NCBI GenBank assembly: GCA_026416095.1
Contig: JAOAFV010000041.1
Span: 696 to 64,695, forward strand
DNA: 64,000 nt
Direction of reading: 5' to 3'
Source of the DNA: Bacteroidales bacterium
GTDB lineage: Bacteria > Bacteroidota > Bacteroidia > Bacteroidales > GWA2-32-17
Positions 8,078 through 18,400 of this stretch are shown piece after piece. The translations under genes and the position numbers were made by a program. Under the pieces are notes generated by a model. The model made no database searches. It was not told where the DNA came from and saw nothing but the letters and a program-made list of their open reading frames with translations. Every line of letters begins with the position of its first letter. Position 1 is the stretch's first letter.

Positions 8078-11000
8078 ATGATAAGAAATTTTCTAATATT
8101 AATGTTTTTTTTAGTATGCACAATAAAAATATATTCTCAATCAGGAACACTTCAAGGAAAAGTTACTGATGCTGCTACAGGTGAACCTATGCCATTTGTT
8201 AATGTAGCTTTAGAGCTTAATGGACAAGTAATTACAGGAGGCATGACTGATTTAGATGGGAAATATGTGATAAAGCCAATACCTGCAGGCACATACGATG
8301 TAAGGGTTTCGTTTGTTGGTTACAATACAATATTAATGAAAGGAATTAAAATAATGGGAGGAAAAATTACTTTCCAGGATTTTAAAATGTCACCAACTGT
8401 TGAACAGTTAAAACAAGTAGATGTTGTTGATTATAAAGTGCCTTTAATAAGTAAAGACCAGACTAGTTCAGGGGGTAGTGTAACAGATAAAGAAATTGCA
8501 AAAATGCCAGGTCGAACTGTAGAATCTGTTGCAACAACAATAGGTGGTATTTACTCAGAACGAGGAGAAATAGGAAGTATACGTGGTGCTCGACCCGAAG
8601 CAACTGTTTATTTCATAGATGGGGTTAAAGTAAGAGGAACTACTTCTCTTCCAAAATCTGCAACATCTCAGGTAGATGTTATTATGGGTGGTATTCCTGC
8701 AAAGTTTGGAGATGTAACGGGTGGTATTATTAGCGTTACAACCAAAGAACCTGCACGCGAAACTCATGGTTCGTTCGAAGTATCAACTTCAAAATTTTTA
8801 GATCCCTATAACTATTTTCTTATTGAAGGAATGATAACAGGTCCTTTATTCTCTGTTAAAGAAAAAGACCCTTATGATTCAACTAAAATTAAAAAGAGAG
8901 TATTGTCGGGGTACTTTTTAACAGCATCATTTAATTATAATAAGGATGATGCTCCTTCCGTAATAGGATGGTATAAAGCTAAAGATGGCATTGTAGAGGA
9001 ATTACTTAGAAATCCTTACAGAACAAACGAAATGGGATTTGGAACTTTGCTTAATGCTAATTTTTTAAGAGAAGAAGCATTTAAAAAAATAAAAGCAAGA
9101 GAAGATGCTCAAGGCAAACAAATAATGTTTACTGGAAAAGTTGATTTAAAAGCAGCGAGAAATACTACTATTACTATTGGATCAACTTTCGATCGTCAAC
9201 AAGGTAAAATATTTAATTATGCTAATACTTTATTTAATAGTAATAATAATGGTGAGTCTATTTCTAATACCTTTCGTAGTTATATTAGATTAACTCATAA
9301 ATTCAGAAGTCAAGATGAAAAAGAAAATGTAACTGCTTTAATAAAAAATGCTTATTTTGATTTACAGTTTGATTTTACAAAATTTTTAGGTTTAGTGCAA
9401 GATCCACGTCATAAAGACGATTTCTTTAAATATGGCTATGTAGGTAAATTTAAAACAACCAAAATTCGCTCTTATTCTTGGACCGATACAGTTAAAGGTT
9501 TTTCCTCAGGAGCATGGGTACACGATGGTTTTGCCGATATAAGCTATTCATTTACTCCTTCCGATATAAATCCTGATCTGGCATCTTACACGCGTTATTA
9601 CTATTCATTATATCCACGCGAAAGTTTTATGTATTCTAATTATGTTTTGGTACAGGCAGGAGGTGGTTTATTAAATGGCGATGCTCCTCCAAGTGTATAT
9701 GGTTTATTTAATGCTCCCGGAACACCCTTTAATACATACTATAAAATAAATAATAGTCAATATAGAATATCATTTAATTCTTCGGCAGATATAAAAGATC
9801 ATGAAATATCGCTGGGCTTTGAAGGAGAGATGAGAGATGATAGATATTTTGGAGTATCTCCAATGGCGTTGTGGACATTAGGAAGAGCATATACAAATGC
9901 TCATATTCAGGAGCTTGACAAAGCTAATCCACATCCTGTTTACAGCGAAGATGGCGTTTTTCAGGATACAATATGGTACGATAGATTATATAGTCCTACT
10001 TCGCAGTATACCTTCGACAAAAATTTAAGAAAAGCTCTTGGATTACCTATTGATGGAATAGAATGGATTGATTTTGATTCTTATGATCCTTCGATTTTTA
10101 AAATTAACTTCTTTAGTCCCGATGAATTATTAAATAATGGAAACAATGTTGTTACCTATTATGGTTACAATGCTTATGGAAAAAAGCTGAAAAATAAAGT
10201 TACATTAAACGACTTTTTAACAGCCAAAAACCCCGATGGCACTTATAAGAGAGAAATACCTTCGTTTCAACCTATTTATGGTGCTTTTTATATACAAGAT
10301 AAATTTGCATTTTATGATTTAATTTTTAATATAGGTTTAAGAGTTGATTATTTCGATGCTAATCAAATGGTACTTAAGGACCCTTATTCACTATATGAAA
10401 CCAAAAAGCTTTCCGAAGTACCAGATAGTTTAAATACCGTATTAGGACATCATCCAAGAAATTTACCCCCCGATGCAGTGGTTTATGCCGATGATGTTGC
10501 AAACCCAACAAAAATCTTAGGATATAGAGTTGGTACCGATCCGCAAAATGTTAAATGGTACGATGCTTATGGTACTCAAATAAACGACCCAACATTAATT
10601 CAATCGGCTAAAGGAATGGCTCCAATTTTAACTGAACCTTATTCTGGTTTAAGTGTGAAAGCTTTTAAAGATTATGAACCTCAAATAAATCCGATGCCAC
10701 GTATTGCCTTTTCTTTCCCAATTTCTGATGTAGCATTATTCTTTGCACATTACGATATTTTAACCAAGAGACCAAGTGGATACTTAAGAATGGATCCTGT
10801 TCAATACTTGTATATCCAAAATCAAGCGAGAGATGCTATTAATAATCCTAATCTAAAACCTGAAAAAACAATAGATTATGAATTAGGCTTTCAGCAGAAA
10901 CTCTCAAATACTTCTTCTTTAAAGTTATCGGCGTTTTACAGAGAGATGAGAAATATGATTCAAGTTCAATATATTTATGGGGCATATCCAATAAAATATA

Positions 11001-11716
11001 TGACTTATACTAATATCGACTTTGGCACAGTTAAAGGTATGACAATAACTTACGATTTAAGAAGAACTGGCAATGTATCGTTAAGATTATCTTATACCTT
11101 ACAATTTGCGAATGGTACTGGTTCAAATGCCGAAACAAGTAAGGCACTAATTCAAACAGGTCAGCCAAATTTAAGAGTTACAATACCTCTAGATTTCGAT
11201 CAGCGACATGCTATTACAGGTAATATAGATTATAGATTCTTGAGTGGCCCATTATATAACGGACCTAAATGGTTTAATAAAGATATCTTGCAAAATACCG
11301 GCCTGAATATTACTCTTAATTATGGTACAGGAAGTCCATATAGTAAAAGAGACATGAATACTAATTATTTAATAGGTTCAATTAATGGAGCAAGAAAACC
11401 GTCGCGTTTTACTGCTAACGCACGTCTCGATAGAGATTTTGAATTTATTATAGATAAAGAAAAGAATAAAAAAATAGATTTGAATGTTTATTTAGAAATA
11501 ACAAATTTATTTAACAACAAAGTAATATTAAACGTTTACGAAACTACTGGTAATCCCGACGATAATGGTTTCCTTACAAATCCTGCTAATCAAAATCAAA
11601 TAAACACTCAAAACGATCCAATAGCCTTTAGAAATTATTACTCAATGTATATTAATTATCCTTATAATTATGGTTTTGCAAGAACTATTCATTTGGGAGC
11701 AATATTAAGTTTTTAA
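8078..11716 (+). CDS. CarboxypepD_reg-domain TonB-dependent-receptor-like outer-membrane barrel (1212 aa)
   Basis: A signal peptide is followed by GTLQGKVTDAATGEPMPFVNVAL...GTYDVRVSFVGY, a carboxypeptidase-regulatory-like domain. A plug-like segment follows (MPGRTVESVATTIGG...IRGARPEATVYFIDGVKV). The C-terminal part is long and rich in beta-strand character, ending in the aromatic ...GAILSF. Confidence 0.8.
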   Translation: MIRNFLILMFFLVCTIKIYSQSGTLQGKVTDAATGEPMPFVNVALELNGQVITGGMTDLDGKYVIKPIPAGTYDVRVSFVGYNTILMKGIKIMGGKITFQDFKMSPTVEQLKQVDVVDYKVPLISKDQTSSGGSVTDKEIAKMPGRTVESVATTIGGIYSERGEIGSIRGARPEATVYFIDGVKVRGTTSLPKSATSQVDVIMGGIPAKFGDVTGGIISVTTKEPARETHGSFEVSTSKFLDPYNYFLIEGMITGPLFSVKEKDPYDSTKIKKRVLSGYFLTASFNYNKDDAPSVIGWYKAKDGIVEELLRNPYRTNEMGFGTLLNANFLREEAFKKIKAREDAQGKQIMFTGKVDLKAARNTTITIGSTFDRQQGKIFNYANTLFNSNNNGESISNTFRSYIRLTHKFRSQDEKENVTALIKNAYFDLQFDFTKFLGLVQDPRHKDDFFKYGYVGKFKTTKIRSYSWTDTVKGFSSGAWVHDGFADISYSFTPSDINPDLASYTRYYYSLYPRESFMYSNYVLVQAGGGLLNGDAPPSVYGLFNAPGTPFNTYYKINNSQYRISFNSSADIKDHEISLGFEGEMRDDRYFGVSPMALWTLGRAYTNAHIQELDKANPHPVYSEDGVFQDTIWYDRLYSPTSQYTFDKNLRKALGLPIDGIEWIDFDSYDPSIFKINFFSPDELLNNGNNVVTYYGYNAYGKKLKNKVTLNDFLTAKNPDGTYKREIPSFQPIYGAFYIQDKFAFYDLIFNIGLRVDYFDANQMVLKDPYSLYETKKLSEVPDSLNTVLGHHPRNLPPDAVVYADDVANPTKILGYRVGTDPQNVKWYDAYGTQINDPTLIQSAKGMAPILTEPYSGLSVKAFKDYEPQINPMPRIAFSFPISDVALFFAHYDILTKRPSGYLRMDPVQYLYIQNQARDAINNPNLKPEKTIDYELGFQQKLSNTSSLKLSAFYREMRNMIQVQYIYGAYPIKYMTYTNIDFGTVKGMTITYDLRRTGNVSLRLSYTLQFANGTGSNAETSKALIQTGQPNLRVTIPLDFDQRHAITGNIDYRFLSGPLYNGPKWFNKDILQNTGLNITLNYGTGSPYSKRDMNTNYLIGSINGARKPSRFTANARLDRDFEFIIDKEKNKKIDLNVYLEITNLFNNKVILNVYETTGNPDDNGFLTNPANQNQINTQNDPIAFRNYYSMYINYPYNYGFARTIHLGAILSF

Positions 11717-11728
11717 AATATATAAAGT

Positions 11729-14700
11729 ATGAAAACAATAAAAGTTATTTGGCTTTTAATGACGATAATAAGCTTAGTGATTAGTTTAAATTGTTATTCT
11801 TATAAGTACTTAGGAGAGGCAAAAAAAGCAGGAGATGAGAAATCTGCTTTATCAGGTTGTCCAGTACCGTCGGGAGCAACAATATTTGGGTACAATAATG
11901 TAAGAACAATTGTGTATACAGGCGGCGATATGTGGTGGGATTTACAAAGCAATGCTTTTTACGAAATACCAAAAGGGAGTGGAAAACATGCTTTATTTGC
12001 TGGAGCAATATGGATAGGTGGTACCGATGTAAACGGTCAATTGAGAGTGTGTGCAGCACGATATAGAGCCAATGGATCCGATTATTATGCTGGCCCATTA
12101 AAAGCATATGGCCCCGATAGAGGTACTACCACAATAGAAATGTGTATTAAATACGATAGACATTTTCCATCAAATCGTAACGACGTTGTAAGATTTCGTC
12201 AATGGTTTAGAGCTAAACAAGAAAATAATACTGAGTTATTGCAAAGTCAGTTTGCAAATTATTCTATACCCGATTTTATGAAAGAATGGCCAGCAATAAA
12301 TCCCGAACCAGATTATAGTTATTACTTAGCTCCATTTTGGGATTATAATGGAGATGGATATTATAACCCTGAAGATGGAGATTATCCATTTTATGATATA
12401 GATAAAATAATACCATGTGGGACAACTCCCGACAAAAGACGTCCACGCTTATACGGCGATTATAACATATGGTGGGTATATAACGATAGAGGTAATATAC
12501 ACACAGAAACAAAAGGGGCAACAATAGGTATGGAGTTGCAAGCACAATACTTCTGTTTTACTACAAATGATGAATTGAATAATATGACTTTTGTAAATAC
12601 AGCATTAATAAATAGGTCGACATATACATTAATGGATTGTTATTTTGGGGTGTGGACAGATGCAGATATGGGAGATGCGTGGGATGATTACGTGGGAACA
12701 GAAGTAAATAGAGGATTAGGGTACTTATATAATGGCGACGAAGAAGATGGAGATGGAAATGGGCAAACATATGGCAAGCAACCTCCTGCAATAGGAGTAG
12801 ATTTTTTTGAGGGGCCATATCAAGATCCTGATGGAAAAGATAATTTATCGAATTGGAACCCAGTAACAAAGCAGTTAGAATGTAATAGAGCTCCTATATT
12901 TGAAGGTAGCATAAATGGATTAAACTTTGAAGATGGAGTAGTAGACGACGAACGTTGGGGAATGCGTAGGTTTATTTACTTTAATAATTGTGGTGGGCCA
13001 ACTTGCGACCCTACCGTAGCAATTGAATATTATCGTTATTTACGAGGCTATTGGAGAGACGGCACAAGAATGACGTACGGTGGTACAGGCTATAATAGTA
13101 GCAATACGCCAGCAGATTTTATGTTTCCTTACGATTCTGATCCTTGTTGGTGGGGTACAGGAGGAATTCAACAATCTACCTTATGGTACGAAAAAGGAGA
13201 AAATAATACTCCTTATGATCGACGATTTGTACAATCTTCTGGTCCGTTTACTTTATTGCCTGGGGCAGTTAATGATATTACAACAGGTATAGTATGGGCA
13301 AGAGCCACAGTAGGAGGAGCATGGGCGTCGGTAAAAGAAGTATTTAGAGCCGACGATAAAGCTCAAAGATTATTTGAAGTGTGTTTTAAATTGATAGATG
13401 GCCCATTTGCTCCAGAAATGCAGATAATTGAATTGGATCGTCAGCTAGTATTTCATTTATACAATATACCTGGTTCAAATAACTATAACAAAAAACCAGA
13501 AGATTACGTAGAAGAAGATCCATTTATAGTATGTCCTAATGATATGCCAAATTGCGATAATAAGTATCGTTTTCAAGGATATCAAGTATTTCAGTTAAGA
13601 GATCAGTCATGTTCTGTGACCGATATAGGTAATCCAGACAAAGCTAGGTTAGTATTTCAATGCGATATAAAAGACGGAGTAGGAAGAATAGTTAATTTTG
13701 AGTACGATAATCAAATAGGTTATGCAGTGCCAGTTGTGAAAGTAGATGGAGCTGATATGGGAATAAAGCATACCTTTACTTTGACAGATGATGCATTTGC
13801 AACAGGTGATAAAAGATTAGTAAATAATAAAACATATTATTATGTGGCTATAGCTTATGCATATAATAATTATAAGACTTACGATCCAAACAACCCGATG
13901 GCATTAGATGGCCAAAAAATGCCGTATTTAGCAAGTCGTATGGGATATGGAAAACCAATTAAAGTTTATAGTGCAGTGCCGCATAAAATAGAACCAGAAA
14001 ATAATGGAACAATCTTAAATGCTAGTTATGGATATGGCCCAAAAATAGTTCAATTAGATGGTCATGGTAATGGAACAAATGCTTTAAGATTAACACAAAG
14101 AACAATAAATAGGATATTAAATAGTCCAAAACATAAAACCGATTCGGTAGAATATGAAAACAACTACGGACCGGTGCAAATAAAAGTAATAGACCCATTA
14201 AACGTAAAACCATATGATTTTATACTAAAGTTTATACCAGATTCTACTACTTATAACCCTTCAACATATAGAATAAACGAAGCAAAATGGATGTTAGTTA
14301 AATTAACAGATCCTAAGAAGGGTGATACCGTATATTCAGAAACATCAATAACCTTACAGAATGAACAGATAATAGCAAAATGGGGAATATCAATCACTAT
14401 ACATCAAATATGGTGGCCATTAAAAGATACTACATTACAATATCAGAATGGATATATAGAAAGTAAAATAGAATACGAAAATCCACTTAATAAATGGATT
14501 GAGTTTATACCAGATATAGATGGATGTGATTTCCCAAACTGGATAAGAGCGGGAAAACAAACAGATCAAAATCAAATGAATTGTGCTGATTTCCAAGATA
14601 ATGTAAAGGATAAAGAAGGTTATTTTGAGAAGGTGGTAGATGGTACCTGGGGGCCTTATTCTTTGGTAATGCAAGATGGTAAGAAATTAGGAAATAATGA

Positions 14701-15919
14701 TGCTTCGATTCAAACCAAAGGATTGCAATTTTATAGGCGTATAAGTTCACAGCTTTCTACCGATAAAAAAAGATTATCAAGTATAATGTTTGTTATTACA
14801 AAAGATAAAAGTAAATGGACAAGGTGTCCTGTAATAGAGATGGCAGATTTAGATTTACAAAGTAGTGGTTGGGTAGCAGGTATATCGGAAGGAGGAGCAA
14901 AAAAGTATCAGTTAAGAAGACATAAATCGGTAGATAAGGAAGGAAGAGAAGATAACATAGGCGATCCAAACGATCCAACAAAGTCTAATTATATATCAGA
15001 AACAGGTATGGGATGGTTTCCCGGATATGCTATTGACATGGAAACTGGCGAAAGGTTGAATATAGCATTTGGTGAAAATTCTAGATACCCTCATCAAAAT
15101 GGTAGAGATATGATATGGAACCCAACTTCTGACTATGCCGATGCAACTTATTACCAGACAGGAGGCTTAGCTGGTAATTTATATCTTGGCGGACAGCATG
15201 TGATATATGTATTTGGTCATAATGATAGACCATCGAGTAGTGCAACGCAAGTAGATTCAATGCCTGCCTATGATGAGGGTCGTTATTTAGTTAGAAAATT
15301 AAAGCAGTTAGAAACTTTAAGTGGTTCAACATATGAAATAAGAATGGCATTTTTATGGAATAATGCAATGTGGGTAAGCATACCAATGTTAAGTTCGTTA
15401 ATAAAGAAGCCAGCAGGGACCACAGACCCCTATTGGTTTATACAGGGCGATGTGAAGATATATATATCGGTTGCTAACCCATATCAGGTATCTTCGCCAG
15501 AACTAAGATCGGCTAATCCTTTTAATAATGGATTTCCGGCGTACTATTTTAGCTTGAAAGATGTAGCTCCAATAAAAGGAGATAAGGAAACAGCAAAGAA
15601 TGCTTTAGATTTAATAAGAGTAGTTCCTAACCCATATTATGGTTATAGTGGATACGAAAACTCGCAGCTAGATTATAAAGTGAAAATAACAAATTTACCT
15701 CAGAAGTGTACAATAAGTATATTTAATGTAAGTGGTACTTTAATAAGAAGGTTTAAGAAAGATAGTCCATTAACTTATCAAGACTGGGACTTAAAAAATG
15801 AATATGGTATACCAATTGCAAGTGGTGTATATATAATACACATAGATGCACCTGGTATAGGAGAAAAAATAGTGAAATGGTTTGGTGTGTTAAGACCAAT
15901 CGATTTAAATAACTTTTAA
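11729..15919 (+). CDS. Very large (1396 aa) probable lipoprotein of unknown function with a C-terminal T9SS-CTD/FlgD-Ig-like beta-sandwich
   Basis: It is an uninterrupted 4.2-kb ORF. The N-terminus LLMTIISLVISLNC is lipobox-like. The C-terminus is VVPNPYY...KITNLPQKCTISIFNVSGTLIRRF...WDLKNEYGIPIASGVYIIHIDAPG...KWFGVL. I recognised no catalytic motif. Confidence 0.7.
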   Translation: MKTIKVIWLLMTIISLVISLNCYSYKYLGEAKKAGDEKSALSGCPVPSGATIFGYNNVRTIVYTGGDMWWDLQSNAFYEIPKGSGKHALFAGAIWIGGTDVNGQLRVCAARYRANGSDYYAGPLKAYGPDRGTTTIEMCIKYDRHFPSNRNDVVRFRQWFRAKQENNTELLQSQFANYSIPDFMKEWPAINPEPDYSYYLAPFWDYNGDGYYNPEDGDYPFYDIDKIIPCGTTPDKRRPRLYGDYNIWWVYNDRGNIHTETKGATIGMELQAQYFCFTTNDELNNMTFVNTALINRSTYTLMDCYFGVWTDADMGDAWDDYVGTEVNRGLGYLYNGDEEDGDGNGQTYGKQPPAIGVDFFEGPYQDPDGKDNLSNWNPVTKQLECNRAPIFEGSINGLNFEDGVVDDERWGMRRFIYFNNCGGPTCDPTVAIEYYRYLRGYWRDGTRMTYGGTGYNSSNTPADFMFPYDSDPCWWGTGGIQQSTLWYEKGENNTPYDRRFVQSSGPFTLLPGAVNDITTGIVWARATVGGAWASVKEVFRADDKAQRLFEVCFKLIDGPFAPEMQIIELDRQLVFHLYNIPGSNNYNKKPEDYVEEDPFIVCPNDMPNCDNKYRFQGYQVFQLRDQSCSVTDIGNPDKARLVFQCDIKDGVGRIVNFEYDNQIGYAVPVVKVDGADMGIKHTFTLTDDAFATGDKRLVNNKTYYYVAIAYAYNNYKTYDPNNPMALDGQKMPYLASRMGYGKPIKVYSAVPHKIEPENNGTILNASYGYGPKIVQLDGHGNGTNALRLTQRTINRILNSPKHKTDSVEYENNYGPVQIKVIDPLNVKPYDFILKFIPDSTTYNPSTYRINEAKWMLVKLTDPKKGDTVYSETSITLQNEQIIAKWGISITIHQIWWPLKDTTLQYQNGYIESKIEYENPLNKWIEFIPDIDGCDFPNWIRAGKQTDQNQMNCADFQDNVKDKEGYFEKVVDGTWGPYSLVMQDGKKLGNNDASIQTKGLQFYRRISSQLSTDKKRLSSIMFVITKDKSKWTRCPVIEMADLDLQSSGWVAGISEGGAKKYQLRRHKSVDKEGREDNIGDPNDPTKSNYISETGMGWFPGYAIDMETGERLNIAFGENSRYPHQNGRDMIWNPTSDYADATYYQTGGLAGNLYLGGQHVIYVFGHNDRPSSSATQVDSMPAYDEGRYLVRKLKQLETLSGSTYEIRMAFLWNNAMWVSIPMLSSLIKKPAGTTDPYWFIQGDVKIYISVANPYQVSSPELRSANPFNNGFPAYYFSLKDVAPIKGDKETAKNALDLIRVVPNPYYGYSGYENSQLDYKVKITNLPQKCTISIFNVSGTLIRRFKKDSPLTYQDWDLKNEYGIPIASGVYIIHIDAPGIGEKIVKWFGVLRPIDLNNF

Positions 15920-15933
15920 AAATACGATGAACT

Positions 15934-17031
15934 ATGATAAATAGAATATTAACTTTCATATTTTTATTGGTGGTAGCATACTTATATTCTGGTAACGAAC
16001 AAAGAGCAGGCCAAGCAGGAGCAAGTGAGCTGTTAATAAATCCGTGGGCTCGTAGCTCAGGATGGGGTAGTGCGAATACAGCAGGAATAAAGGGAGTAGA
16101 AGCTTTTAATTTAAATATTGCAGGTACAGCCTTTATAAAGAAAACAGAACTAATGTTTGCGTATACAAACTGGCTTGTGGGGTCAGAGATATATATAACT
16201 TCTTTTGGGTTTACTCAAAAAGTTGGTGAAACAGGTGCACTTAGTATGATGCTTATGAATATGGATTTTGGAAATATAGAAATTACAACATACGACATGC
16301 CCGAGGGAGGTTTAGGTACATTTCATCCAACCTACACTATTATTGGTTTGGCATATGCAAAGGAGTTTTCTAATAGCATTTATGGAGGTTTAGCAGTAAA
16401 AGTAGTTAACGAAAAAATACCAGATTTAAGCGCAACAGGTGTATGCCTTGATGCAGGCATCCAATATCTTACAGGACTAGGAAAAGATAAAACAGGGAAA
16501 AAAATAAGAGATAATCTTCACTTTGGTATATCAATGAAAAATATAGGCACACCTATGAGGTATAGAGGCGATGGTTTATCTTTCAGAGGGTTGGTGCCGC
16601 CAAACGATATTATTATGACCGTAGAACAACGCTCGGCCGAATTTGAATTACCTGCGTTAATAACTCTTGGTGCAATGTTTGATTTTTATCCTGCTTCGAA
16701 ATTAGATTCAACAGGTACGAAAGTTTATAGAATGCACAGATTATCGATTGCAGGAAATTTTACTTCAAATTCTTTTACTAAAGATCAATTTCATGCAGGG
16801 TTAGAATACTCTTTCAAAGAAATTATAATGGTTAGGGGAGGATTTATATATGAAAAAGGCATATTTGAATATGAAACACGAACAACAGCATTTACTGGTC
16901 CTACATTGGGTGCAACGGTTCAAATACCCTTAAATAAAGAAAAAAATAGCGTTTTTGCTTTTGATTATTCATATAGATTTACTAATCCGTTTAATGGCGT
17001 TCATACTATTGGAGTTAAAGTAACTTTATAA
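15934..17031 (+). CDS. PorV/PorQ-family outer-membrane beta-barrel protein
   Basis: A signal peptide is followed by GQAGASELLINPWARSSGWGSANTAG...NLNIAGTAF. This resembles the N-terminal FLL..DAR..G.G..GVA...NPA..AF pattern of the PorV/PorQ family as I recall it. The protein has alternating beta-strand character and is 365 aa long. Confidence 0.6.
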   Translation: MINRILTFIFLLVVAYLYSGNEQRAGQAGASELLINPWARSSGWGSANTAGIKGVEAFNLNIAGTAFIKKTELMFAYTNWLVGSEIYITSFGFTQKVGETGALSMMLMNMDFGNIEITTYDMPEGGLGTFHPTYTIIGLAYAKEFSNSIYGGLAVKVVNEKIPDLSATGVCLDAGIQYLTGLGKDKTGKKIRDNLHFGISMKNIGTPMRYRGDGLSFRGLVPPNDIIMTVEQRSAEFELPALITLGAMFDFYPASKLDSTGTKVYRMHRLSIAGNFTSNSFTKDQFHAGLEYSFKEIIMVRGGFIYEKGIFEYETRTTAFTGPTLGATVQIPLNKEKNSVFAFDYSYRFTNPFNGVHTIGVKVTL

Positions 17032-17079
17032 TTTTCAATAAAAATTTAGTTAAGTAATAATTTTAAATTGAAATTTATT

Positions 17080-17550
17080 ATGGCAATTCAATATTTAACA
17101 AGAGAAGGTTACGAAAAACTAAAAGAAGAACTTGAATATTTAAAAAAAGTTGAAAGGCCTAGAATTTCTAATTTAATAGCTGAAGCAAGAGACAAAGGAG
17201 ATTTGTCTGAAAATTCTGAATATGATGCAGCTAAGGAAGCTCAGGCATTACTAGAATTAAGAATAAGGAAATTAGAAGAAATTTTACAAAATTGTAGAAT
17301 AATAGATCAATCTCAAGTCGATGTCAATAAAGTACAAATTTTCTCTAAGGTGAAAATTAAAAATTTGGCGACAAATAAGACAGTTGAATACACAATTGTT
17401 TCTGAAACAGAAGCAAATATAAAAGAGAATAAAATTTCAATTAATTCTCCAATTGCCCAAGGGCTGCTTGGGAAAAGTGTAGGTGATATTGTAGAAATAA
17501 ATGTACCCAACGGAACTTTAAAATTTGAAATAATCTCTATTAAAAAATAG
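17080..17550 (+). CDS. greA: Transcription elongation factor GreA
   Basis: Motifs YLTREGYEKLKEELEYLK...RPRISNLIAEARDKGDLSENSEYDAAKEAQ and the C-terminal ISINSPIAQGLLGKSVGD are diagnostic. The ATG at 17080 gives 156 aa (the ORF track starts at TTG 17068). Confidence 0.9.
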   Translation: MAIQYLTREGYEKLKEELEYLKKVERPRISNLIAEARDKGDLSENSEYDAAKEAQALLELRIRKLEEILQNCRIIDQSQVDVNKVQIFSKVKIKNLATNKTVEYTIVSETEANIKENKISINSPIAQGLLGKSVGDIVEINVPNGTLKFEIISIKK

Positions 17551-17554
17551 TTAA

Positions 17555-17965
17555 ATGCCTAGTGTTTTCACTAAAATAATAAATGGCGAAATACCGGCTT
17601 ATAAGGTAGCTGAAACAGAAAGATGTTTGGCTTTTTTAGATATTCGTCCAATTTCTGTTGGGCACACACTTGTAATACCAAAACAAGAAATAGATTATAT
17701 TTTTGATTTACCTGATGATTTACTTGGCGAACTAATGATATTTGCTAAAAAAGTTGCTAAGGCCATTGAAAATACAATACCTTGTAAAAGAATTGGAATA
17801 GCTGTTGTTGGATTAGAAGTACCTCATGCTCATATTCATCTTATTCCTATTAATGATATTTATGATATAGATTTTTCTAAACATAGATTAACATTAACAG
17901 AGCAAGAATTTAATAACATTGCTGAAAAAATATCTAATAATTATAAGAATTTAATAGGATTTTAG
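17555..17965 (+). CDS. HIT-family (histidine triad) protein
   Basis: The N-terminus is FTKIINGEIPAYKVAE...AFLDIRPISVGHTLVIPK, and the histidine triad is VPHAHIHLIP. Confidence 0.85.
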   Translation: MPSVFTKIINGEIPAYKVAETERCLAFLDIRPISVGHTLVIPKQEIDYIFDLPDDLLGELMIFAKKVAKAIENTIPCKRIGIAVVGLEVPHAHIHLIPINDIYDIDFSKHRLTLTEQEFNNIAEKISNNYKNLIGF

Positions 17966-18400
17966 TTCAATCAATTCTATGTTATTTTGTAACTTTTTCC
18001 CAAGTTTTTGCTAGATTTAGTGCAATATTAATGTAAATTTTGTTGTCGAAAGGTCTTGTCGCTTCATTATATTAAAATATTTCAGTTTGTGATAGTTATT
18101 TACTCTAGGTTTTTAGTGTTAAAATATTTTCTTATGTAAAATTAGGTATTTAACAAAAATTTTGTTGCTTTTAGGTACGATAAAAGGTAAGAATTAGAAA
18201 GAACCTATAAATTTATGGCAGAAATTAAAATTTTAACATTGTATAATTTTCAGAAAATAATTTTTAGTTTATTTACAAAGATTTTGACATTAACCAATAA
18301 AATTGCTTTTAAAAAATTATTATCTCACTTATTAGACAATACTGCCTGATAATAATTTTGCAAAAGATCTCTCACAACTTTTTTATCTTAACTTTTTAAA

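Noticed and set aside
11729-15919. Calling the 1396-aa protein PorU because it precedes a PorV-like gene
   Set aside because: I could not find gingipain/C25-type catalytic motifs by eye, and an N-terminal lipobox is not what I expect for PorU. It is left as unknown pending profile or structure search.
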